NCBI GenBank assembly: GCA_050123155.1
Contig: JASFHP010000007.1
Coordinates: forward strand, 32,032 to 96,031
DNA from: Candidatus Bathyarchaeota archaeon
Lineage (GTDB): Archaea > Thermoproteota > Bathyarchaeia > Bathyarchaeales > Bathyarchaeaceae
Direction of reading: 5' to 3'
DNA length: 64,000 bases
Part shown: piece after piece, positions 38,506 through 46,567 of the stretch
How the letters are laid out: each line of letters opens with the position of its first letter
Numbering within the stretch: position 1 is the stretch's first letter
Program-made: the position numbers and the translations under genes
Notes under the pieces: model-generated
What the model saw: only the letters and a program-made list of their open reading frames with translations
Told to the model about the DNA's origin: nothing
Database searches by the model: none

Positions 38506-39663
38506 TTACACTGCTCTGATGGCTTTGACTGGCACCAATCTGGCTGCCCTCAAAGAAGCGAACAATCCTGCAGCAATCCCACTTGCTAATGCTATTCCGA
38601 ACCCTACGCTGAGGAGCACAGGGTCTACTGAAACAAATTTTAGTGCCCCACCAATTTCTCCGCCTATAGTGGAAAGAACGTAAGAGGCGAAAACGTAACC
38701 TAAAGCACAGCCTAACAATCCGCCTATGACCCCCTGTATTAACGACTCTGTGACAATCTGGTTGACAACATTACTGTTGCTCCAGCCTATAGCCTTCAGT
38801 ATTCCTATCTCCCTAGTGCGCTCCGCCACATTACCAAGCTGAGACTTGATCGTGAAAAGAATGGTGATAGCCGCTAAAGCAATCGAGACGCTCCACGCAG
38901 TCTCCTCACTCATCTGGATAACCCCAACCGCTGTCTCAGCCAAATCTGACCCAGTTAAAGTGCGTGCATCAGGCCACCTCTCTTCCAACTCTGCAGCAGT
39001 TTGTTTCACCTTGCCTGGGCTGCTTGTGCGGATGAGAGCCATATTCACTAGACCAATTGGTTTTTCCGGCAAGATCTCTTGGACAACTGGCAGATTCACG
39101 TATATGTGGGACTTCATGATGTTTGTTGCGCTAACCTCGACAATTCCCACAACCTCGAAATCTGCCGCGTAATTTACTGTTGACCCCAGAGTAAGATTGT
39201 TCAGCACAGCGTATTCTTTGTCAATGATTGCCACGTACTCATCGTCGGGTGTAAGGTATCTTCCCTCAATTATGGCGCTCGCCAGTACGGCGTTTGTTTC
39301 TGTTTCTGAGGGGTCTATTCCCGTAAACACCATAGCGCGTAGCCTGTGCATCATTATCGGTACAGCGCATTCAACATCGGGGACACTCTCGAATTCAGTT
39401 AGGAGGGTTTGGTTGAATGGGTACGAGAAAAGGTGGTTCACGATGTAGCATCCAGTGCCTGATGGTTTGAGTGGTGCTGTGTAGAATAAGATGATGTCTG
39501 TTCCTATGCTGTTCAGGGGAACTGTGGTGCAGGTTTCCCAGCCTCTCGCAGCCATAACTAATGTGATTAGGGTGCTGATGGCAATAACAAAGCCTGCGAT
39601 GTTTACTGCAGCTCTATATTTGCGTCTTCGAATTTCCCGTAAGGCATATGCAAGTGGTATCAA
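38506..39663 (-). CDS. ABC transporter permease, FtsX/MacB type
   Basis: ERTREIGILKAIGW; 1+3 TM layout with an extracellular domain. Confidence 0.9.
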   Translation of the reverse strand: MIPLAYALREIRRRKYRAAVNIAGFVIAISTLITLVMAARGWETCTTVPLNSIGTDIILFYTAPLKPSGTGCYIVNHLFSYPFNQTLLTEFESVPDVECAVPIMMHRLRAMVFTGIDPSETETNAVLASAIIEGRYLTPDDEYVAIIDKEYAVLNNLTLGSTVNYAADFEVVGIVEVSATNIMKSHIYVNLPVVQEILPEKPIGLVNMALIRTSSPGKVKQTAAELEERWPDARTLTGSDLAETAVGVIQMSEETAWSVSIALAAITILFTIKSQLGNVAERTREIGILKAIGWSNSNVVNQIVTESLIQGVIGGLLGCALGYVFASYVLSTIGGEIGGALKFVSVDPVLLSVGFGIALASGIAAGLFASLRAARLVPVKAIRAV

Positions 39664-39813
39664 CCTGTCAACCTCGCTTGATTCTCAACTGAGAGTGTTT
39701 CAGGAAGAGAAACAAATACACAACAAAGAACCGGCATCCGAATAAGACCTGTCAATGTTTTTCCCACCATGGACCCATCATTCTGTTTGGTGAGTGAACA
39801 AAAAAGGGTTTTT

Positions 39814-39863
39814 GTCAAGAAAGCTTGACTAAAATCTTGGTTGCTTGGTCAAGAAACCTTTAC
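39814..39863. promoter_or_regulatory. Two tandem GTCAAG palindromes, 34 bp apart, upstream of the ABC operon
   Basis: GTCAAGAAAGCTTGAC at 39814..39829 and GTCAAGAAACCTTTAC at 39848..39863. Confidence 0.7.
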
Positions 39864-39947
39864 AAAAATGTAAGCAGCTAGACACCACAATGTTGTATAC
39901 AGAACATCAAGAAAATCACCTGACATGAGACCACGCGTGCCAAAAAC

Positions 39948-40421
39948 TTACGGAAATGGCTGCTCTTTCCATTCCTTTATTTGTTGTTCGCATTTGTTTT
40001 TTATGTTTGGGTTGTCTGTTTTGTCTCTTAGGGTTTCGAGGAATTCGATGCGTTTGTTTACTGCCTTGATTTCCGCAGTTTCGTAGTAGAGTCGTCCTTC
40101 AATGAAGTCTTTCATCTGCTGTGTCTTCTGGATGATGAAGCCTGCGTCGTCAACTGGGTCGTCAAGCGCTTTCACGTGGAACCAGATGGCTGCTTCTTGT
40201 TCGCGGAGCTGGCTTAGTCCCTCGATTTCGCGGATGACCCTGATGTATGTTCGCAGGAACTCGTAGTATCCTGCTGTTTTGATCAATTTCAGGGCTTTTT
40301 CGACTTTGGTCACGAACTGTGGGCTTCCCTCTGTCTTCAGTTCGTGTTTGTAGCCGTTTTCGATGAGTTCTCGGGCTTTCTTCACTTCGGCTTTGGTGTA
40401 GACTCTTTCAGGAAAATCCAT
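39948..40421 (-). CDS. Hypothetical protein
   Basis: ATG-started 157-aa helical ORF co-oriented with rps25e. Confidence 0.7.
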   Translation of the reverse strand: MDFPERVYTKAEVKKARELIENGYKHELKTEGSPQFVTKVEKALKLIKTAGYYEFLRTYIRVIREIEGLSQLREQEAAIWFHVKALDDPVDDAGFIIQKTQQMKDFIEGRLYYETAEIKAVNKRIEFLETLRDKTDNPNIKNKCEQQIKEWKEQPFP

Positions 40422-40460
40422 TTTTTTCTAATCCCCCAACTGCAATACTGTACAGAAATT

Positions 40461-40781
40461 TTAGGCTGCCAGCTTATAGATTTTGAGGTTTTTTCCTCCG
40501 GAAACGTGTTCGATCATTTTCCGTTTTTCTAGTTCTTTAAGGAAAGCGTTGGCTAAACTCAGCCGTATGTTGAAGCGTGAAGCTACCGCAGAGGGGGTGA
40601 GAACTTTCATTCCTTGTAGTGTGCCCATGACTTTTTTGTTGTTGATGTCGGGCATGGTTAACCCGAGGGTCTTCTTTGCTGCTGGTGTTGCATCTTTTTT
40701 TGGTTCTTTATGTTTGGGTTCTTTGGGTTTCTTTGGTTTTGTCATTTGTTTGAGGGATTGTTTCTTTTTTCCGCCGCCCAT
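40461..40781 (-). CDS. rps25e: 30S ribosomal protein S25e
   Basis: Lys-rich N-terminus; KVLTPSAVASRFNIRLSLA...LKEL winged helix. Confidence 0.88.
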   Translation of the reverse strand: MGGGKKKQSLKQMTKPKKPKEPKHKEPKKDATPAAKKTLGLTMPDINNKKVMGTLQGMKVLTPSAVASRFNIRLSLANAFLKELEKRKMIEHVSGGKNLKIYKLAA

Positions 40782-40835
40782 AGTGTCTTCACCAGAGTTT
40801 TGAAGAAGAATGGCTCCTTATAGGCTTTCTCCCTG

Positions 40836-42323
40836 TTACTGGACTTCGCCGACTCCGATTTTGTGCTGTTTCTTCCATTCATCCAGTGGGATGCCCAGTT
40901 TTTCCTCTACTTTTGGTCTGTGGATGGAGTTCATGGTGCAGAATGGTATGATTCTGCCGTCGGGCACGGCGTAGTGGATGCAGCATCGTTGGACTCTTTC
41001 TAGGTCGAAGTTGTAGGGGTCCATGAAGTGCATGGAGGCGACGAGAAGCATCTTTCTGTGCAGCTCTCCCAAGGAGTTGTAGGAGCCGGTTCTGAGAATC
41101 GGCAGGAGGTATTTTCGTAGCAGACCGAACTTGATGTGGCGGAGCGCTCCGACCAGGCGTAGTTTGGCTTTTCTTTTGTGTCCATTTTTTGCTTCTTCGT
41201 AGACTTTCTGTAGGGTTTTGATGAATTTGTTGATGTTGCCGTATCTGGTGATGGGTATCATGTCGCCGTCTTCGATGAAGACGTAGGTTGCCATGCCGCA
41301 GTGTTGGTGGGCAGTGAATTCTACGTATCTTTTGTCTTTTAGCGAGGCGACTGCTTTGCTCATGGGTACGACTATGGGTACGGGGTAGAAGTCTGTGACT
41401 TTGATTTTTCCTTCTGTCTGTTCCTCTACGTCTTTCATGAAGTCGGGGATGGTGATTCTCATTTTTTCTCGTTCTTTTTGGTTGATTCTGCCGCAGATTG
41501 ATACTGGTTGGACGTTGACGCATCGGATTATGTCGAAGTTGTCTTTTGCGAAGTTGATGATGTCGCCTATTTGTTTGTCGTTGACGCCTTTAACCAATGT
41601 GACGACGAGTACGATGCTTAGTCCTACCTTGCGGCAGTTTTCTATGGCTTTCATTTTGATGTCGAGAAGGTCTAAGCCACGTGTGAACTTGTATACCTCG
41701 GGGGTTAGTCCGTCAAATTGCAGGTATATGGTGCTTAGTCCCGCGTCTACTAGGCTTTTGGCGAATTCCAGGTCTTTTGCTAGTCTGAGTCCGTTTGTGT
41801 TGACTTCTACGTGGTGGATGCCGAGTTCTTTTGCTTTTTTGATGAGTTCGGGCAGGTCTTTTCGTATTGTGGGTTCGCCGCCGCTGAATTGTAGGCCTGG
41901 CGGTTTCACTGGCTTGTTTTGGACAAGGTTTTCGAGCATGTCAAAGATTTGTTGTTTTGTGGGTTCGTATACGTATCCTGCGGTTGCTGCGTTGGCGAAG
42001 CAGACTGGGCATTTTAAGTTGCATCTGTTGGTTACGTCGATGATGGCGAGTCCGGTGTGGCTTTTGTGTTCTGGGCAGATTCCGCAGTCAAGGGGGCAGC
42101 CCAGTTTTGTTTCGGTTCTGGGGTTTTCTAGGCCTGTGCCTATTTCTTCGTATTTGTTTGCTTTTTGGTACAGGTCGTAGTCTGACCAGTAGATTTCTTT
42201 GACTTTTCCGTGTTGTGGGCACTCTTTTTGTATGTAGACTTTGTTGTCTTCTTCGAGTATGGTTGCGTCTAGGACTTGGAGGCATTCTGGGCATAGGCTC
42301 TTCGTTTGTTTGATGACATTCAT
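40836..42323 (-). CDS. tes: Radical SAM enzyme of the MJ0619 / tetraether synthase (Tes, GDGT-MAS) family
   Basis: N-terminal CPEC...CPQHG, CPLDCGICPEH, DVTNRCNLKCPVCFA, C-terminal FMDPYNFDLERVQRCCIHY...PFC. Confidence 0.85.
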   Translation of the reverse strand: MNVIKQTKSLCPECLQVLDATILEEDNKVYIQKECPQHGKVKEIYWSDYDLYQKANKYEEIGTGLENPRTETKLGCPLDCGICPEHKSHTGLAIIDVTNRCNLKCPVCFANAATAGYVYEPTKQQIFDMLENLVQNKPVKPPGLQFSGGEPTIRKDLPELIKKAKELGIHHVEVNTNGLRLAKDLEFAKSLVDAGLSTIYLQFDGLTPEVYKFTRGLDLLDIKMKAIENCRKVGLSIVLVVTLVKGVNDKQIGDIINFAKDNFDIIRCVNVQPVSICGRINQKEREKMRITIPDFMKDVEEQTEGKIKVTDFYPVPIVVPMSKAVASLKDKRYVEFTAHQHCGMATYVFIEDGDMIPITRYGNINKFIKTLQKVYEEAKNGHKRKAKLRLVGALRHIKFGLLRKYLLPILRTGSYNSLGELHRKMLLVASMHFMDPYNFDLERVQRCCIHYAVPDGRIIPFCTMNSIHRPKVEEKLGIPLDEWKKQHKIGVGEVQ

Positions 42324-42412
42324 TAATTTGACACCACTGTTGGGGGTAACATTTTTTATGTGGCTGGAGAGCATATAAGAAGGTTTCCAAACGTTTCATA
42401 AGGTGAAAAAGG

Positions 42413-43189
42413 TTGTCTACACCAGTCAGCGAGGACGCAAAGAAGGTTCTGCATGAGGTTGGGTTAACGGAGTATGAGACGCGGGCGTACCTGATTTTGC
42501 TGGAGCGGGGGGTTATGACTGCCAGCGAGGTCAGCGAGCATGGTGGTGTGCCGTATTCTAAGGTTTATGAGACTTTGAATTCTTTGGAGAGGAAGGGTTG
42601 GGTGGAGGTGGAGCGGGGTAGGCCCAGCAGGTATTTTCCGAAGGCTCCGTCTGAGGCGTTGGAGGCTGCGCGGCTGCGGTTGGAGGATATGGTGAATGGC
42701 TGGAGGGGTGTGGTGATGGGGGAGCTTCAGCCCTTGTATGAGAAGCGGGAGTTGCTGGAGAAGCCTGACATCTGGATTTTGCGTGGAGAGTTCAGTGTTA
42801 TGGCGAAGCTGCAGGAGATGATGGGCATCGTCAAGTCTGAGTTGTTGATTGCTGTGCCCGCGTTTGCGAAGCCGTTTGTTGACGCTTCCGTATCTGCTTT
42901 AGGGCAGGTGAGAGCCAGCGGGGTTAACGTGAAGGTTATGGTTGCGGGAAAGTGGACAGAAAAAGAGCTTGCCCTGCTAGGCGATGCACGTTTGAGGGAT
43001 ACGCTGTTTGGGGGCGGAGTGATTGTGGACGGCAAAGAGGCGCTGCTGTTTTTGGGTGAGGCAGACACGAAACGCAGCTACAGCGGACTGCTGGTCATAT
43101 GGAGCAACCACATCGGACTAGTAAAATTCGCACGAGAATACTTCCAACTCCTATGGGACACAGCAAAACCAACAAAAACAAACACTTAA
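42413..43189 (+). CDS. TrmB family transcriptional regulator
   Basis: GLTEYETRAY, VPYSKVYETLNSLERKGWV, GRPSRY wHTH, plus a C-terminal effector domain. Confidence 0.9.
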   Translation: MSTPVSEDAKKVLHEVGLTEYETRAYLILLERGVMTASEVSEHGGVPYSKVYETLNSLERKGWVEVERGRPSRYFPKAPSEALEAARLRLEDMVNGWRGVVMGELQPLYEKRELLEKPDIWILRGEFSVMAKLQEMMGIVKSELLIAVPAFAKPFVDASVSALGQVRASGVNVKVMVAGKWTEKELALLGDARLRDTLFGGGVIVDGKEALLFLGEADTKRSYSGLLVIWSNHIGLVKFAREYFQLLWDTAKPTKTNT

Positions 43190-43366
43190 CACTGATTAAC
43201 AAAGGGCTCTACTATTGGCTAAATTTTTGAAGAATGAACTAAAAAAAATGGAATCCACGGATTGTTGGTTTATTTAAGAAATAATTTATAGAAACAACCC
43301 AAAAGAATCCTAAATTGTATCTTATTCTAACCAAAATGATTTAAAGACTAGTAGTGAACTATCATT

Positions 43367-44476
43367 TTGAGAATATTTGAGGAATTACTATTGATATTTC
43401 TCGGTGCTGGAGCTTCAACAATTTATGATTTGAAAACATTACAGGGTCTTACTAGAGACCTAATTAATAAAATGAATAGTGCTGGGCATGGAGACATAAT
43501 TAAGGAAATACGAATGGCACTCAAATACTTTGGTTTAACCCCTGATTTTGAAAATCTATACACTATCATTGAAGCATTGCAGAACTTCAAACAAGGTGTA
43601 AAAAATAGTGGACCATTAGCTAGTTATATTGCATACAAATGTAGAAATTCTGTTAGCATTAAGTCACACCCTGATTTCAAAGAAATTCTTAGAGACTTCA
43701 GAAGGATCATTTTTGAAGAATGTTCAATTTCTCCTGAAAAAATTGAAAATCAGCATGCGATTTATGATGAGCTTTTCCATCTAACTGATGTAATTAGTGA
43801 GTCTAGAATTCTTTCTTCAACAATAGGGGAGACTGGAAAAAATATTGGAATACCTGCGTCTCGAACAATAGTTACAACCAACTATGATATGTCCATTGAA
43901 TTACATTTCGCTAACGCATCAATACAGATTGCCGATGGATTCTCGATATTAGGTGATCAATACATTAAGCATTTTGATCCTAAAAATTTCCTGAAACATG
44001 GGAATCAATCGAATTGGTTAATTAAATTACATGGGAGTATCTGGCAATTTCTCTATAAAAATCAGTTCTGCAAATCCCTTCTCGATCCTGAATTGTTACC
44101 ACATAGAAGACTCAAAATCAAAGAAAGAATGATGATATATCCAATCGGTGAAAAACCAATTCTTAAAGAACCTTACTACACTTTTTTTAAAATTTTCAAA
44201 GAGCAACCATGGCAAGTACTAGTAGCGATAGGGCATTCCTTTAGAGATTTGCCCGTAAATATTGCGATTGTAGAAAATTTACGAAGAGTATCTCAGTCTA
44301 TATTGATTATCGTAAATAAAGAACCTGAAAAAGCGTTTAATAACCTTGGAATTCAGGATTCTATTGCCCAAAAAGTTATACGGGTTAATGGATTGTTTGG
44401 AGAAAAGGAAACTTTCAGAAAACTACGAATAGCTCTTCAGTCAAGGAGTTTCAAACAGTACCAAGGAAGAATTTGA
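43367..44476 (+). CDS. SIR2-like (SIR2_2) protein
   Basis: FLGAGAS, TTNYD, KLHGS, GHSFRD motifs; AT-rich. Confidence 0.85.
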   Translation: MRIFEELLLIFLGAGASTIYDLKTLQGLTRDLINKMNSAGHGDIIKEIRMALKYFGLTPDFENLYTIIEALQNFKQGVKNSGPLASYIAYKCRNSVSIKSHPDFKEILRDFRRIIFEECSISPEKIENQHAIYDELFHLTDVISESRILSSTIGETGKNIGIPASRTIVTTNYDMSIELHFANASIQIADGFSILGDQYIKHFDPKNFLKHGNQSNWLIKLHGSIWQFLYKNQFCKSLLDPELLPHRRLKIKERMMIYPIGEKPILKEPYYTFFKIFKEQPWQVLVAIGHSFRDLPVNIAIVENLRRVSQSILIIVNKEPEKAFNNLGIQDSIAQKVIRVNGLFGEKETFRKLRIALQSRSFKQYQGRI

Positions 44477-44613
44477 TTTGATTCAATTTCCTTTGTGCGT
44501 GTGTGTTTTTTTCTTGTTTGTTTTTTTATAGAGAGGGTTAGTAGGAGAGTAGTAGTTATTGTTTGGGTTTGGGGTTAAATCTTAACTCACGTTTTTTGTT
44601 GTTTTGGTTGTTT

Positions 44614-45267
44614 TTATGGTTTGGTTGCGGCTAGGAGTGCTACTTCGAGCCATTTCCAGAAGCAGTCAACGTCTTTGAATCCAATTTGCCTCAGCCATCC
44701 GAGTTGAGTCTCCACATCCAACAATATGTTTGCGGGGTCATCAGTTTCTGGAGATAAACCAACAGCAACCAGAAACCGTTGATGCAGCGCCTCAGTTGCC
44801 GAAGCCACATGCTCAAGATTAAGAAAAACGCCACCTGAAGCCAACAAACCAAAAATTTCCGCATACAACTGTCTCTTGCGTTCATGACTCACGTGATGGA
44901 TAGCAAGACCCGAAATAACCAAATCAAAAGGCATCCACCTGTCTTTTGGTAGCGGCACATCAAGGTTATGCTTCACAACCTCCACTGAACTGTCTTCCGC
45001 AAACCTTTCTCTAGCAAGCTTCAGCATGGGGTCTGAAAAGTCTAGGGCAACTCCTTTTGCCTCCAGGTTCTTTTGCTTAACCAGCGCAAGCATTCTTCCG
45101 TCTCCGGTACCTAAATCAAGTGCATAATTCACGTTTGACGGAATCTGCTCCAACAAAACCGCCCTAACCTCTTCCCCATGCGGTCTATCATCAGCAATCG
45201 CCAAATACCTATCCACACGCTCAGCAGACCCCCACCTGTTAACACCAGACGAATTGTCCCCACTCAT
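44614..45267 (-). CDS. Class I SAM-dependent methyltransferase
   Basis: LDLGTGDG, DFSDPML, AIHH, GGVFLNLE. Confidence 0.9.
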   Translation of the reverse strand: MSGDNSSGVNRWGSAERVDRYLAIADDRPHGEEVRAVLLEQIPSNVNYALDLGTGDGRMLALVKQKNLEAKGVALDFSDPMLKLARERFAEDSSVEVVKHNLDVPLPKDRWMPFDLVISGLAIHHVSHERKRQLYAEIFGLLASGGVFLNLEHVASATEALHQRFLVAVGLSPETDDPANILLDVETQLGWLRQIGFKDVDCFWKWLEVALLAATKP

Positions 45268-45580
45268 TTCAAAATCCCTACTATTCCAAACAGCAATTTC
45301 CTAGTTAACCCATTCCCCTTTTTGGTTTTAGCGACTAAACATTCACTCCCAACAATTCACACAGACTTCGCTCATATTTGTATCCAAAATCTTCTCCTGA
45401 TCAATAAATTTTCTAACTAGCCCTAGACTTTCCTCATTAAAACGATACATGTGATTCTCCCAACGTTTCCCGTCAAATGAGGGATGCCTAATACATGTAT
45501 GTGGAAGTTTCATGTCGAAACAGCACAAATGTTATATTCATTTCAGTTTGGTATATGTTGATATCACCAAAATATTGGGA

Positions 45581-46561
45581 ATGGGAATCAGTTTGAAAAC
45601 TAAAATTCTTTGTCTATCTATTTTTCTGTTTTTAATTGTTGCAACTATGACTCCAGTTCATGGGGTTGGTCAGGGAGAGTGGATCGTGAATTATCGAGTG
45701 GAAGACTTGGAAACAGGAGAGCTCATTCTAGAAAGTGATTTTGAAACAGGAGAAATCAACGAATATGATTCGCTATTCATAGGATCAGAGTTACGTGTGA
45801 CAATCACGGTGAATGTAGTCATTACAGCCACCTACGCCAATTTGAAACTTACCACTAACTTGTCACCTTCAACCATCGAAGACAGATACTGGCAACTCGG
45901 ATCACAGGCTTACGAGTTTGTGGACTATAATCCTGCGCAGCACTATGTAGAGTTCCAGCAGGTTGCAGGAAATTTCACCATAATATGTTATGGAAGAATT
46001 CCTGTAGGGATTACTCAAGAAGGGATTGATGGGTATGTGCTACACAAAGCAGAGGAACTTACTCTAATCAAGTTAACCAGTCCCAGCGGCGAGCTTCTAG
46101 ATCACATCAAAAGTGATGTACTCGACGCTGAACTTGCTGAATACCGAAGCCTTCTCGAAAAAAGAGAAGACAAGTTGGAAACCCTTAAGGATTCGGGAAT
46201 TGCCCCGGGTTACATTGAAATTTATGGAGACGTTCTCGCACAAGCAGAAGCTCAAGCAGAGCTTGGATTCGTTGATGAAGCGATTGCTCTCTTAGACCTC
46301 CTTGTAGTCTCTCAAGAGCCTGTTTCGTCGACTGTTGAAGTTCTTTTCCTGCCAATAATGGCGGGTTTAGCGATTGCATTAGTTGCAGTAGGAGTCTTGT
46401 ACCTAAGAGCCAGAAGCAACAGGAACTATGTTTTATCCGTAATTGAAGATCAAATTAGGGATCTGGAAGGGGTAACGTTGAGAGCATCAAAGCTTGATAG
46501 AACTATTTCCTCAAGATTAGAGTCCATTAAAGAAAGACTGAAGAAACTGATCTGGGCGTAA
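45581..46561 (+). CDS. Single-pass membrane protein: signal peptide, extracellular beta + helical domain, TM, short cytoplasmic coiled coil
   Basis: Hydrophobic N-terminus from ATG 45581; TM LFLPIMAGLAIALVAVGVLYL; 6 bp from the next gene. Confidence 0.8.
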   Translation: MGISLKTKILCLSIFLFLIVATMTPVHGVGQGEWIVNYRVEDLETGELILESDFETGEINEYDSLFIGSELRVTITVNVVITATYANLKLTTNLSPSTIEDRYWQLGSQAYEFVDYNPAQHYVEFQQVAGNFTIICYGRIPVGITQEGIDGYVLHKAEELTLIKLTSPSGELLDHIKSDVLDAELAEYRSLLEKREDKLETLKDSGIAPGYIEIYGDVLAQAEAQAELGFVDEAIALLDLLVVSQEPVSSTVEVLFLPIMAGLAIALVAVGVLYLRARSNRNYVLSVIEDQIRDLEGVTLRASKLDRTISSRLESIKERLKKLIWA

Positions 46562-46567
46562 TTCAAA

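Noticed and set aside
40879-41523. 214-aa alternate-frame ORF inside tes
   Set aside because: Arg/His/Gln-rich low-complexity product expected from the local A+C skew
45343-45528. 61-aa minus-strand ORF or possible gene remnant upstream of the methyltransferase
   Set aside because: No recognisable motif and overlaps the upstream region of 45581; cannot be supported without a homology search
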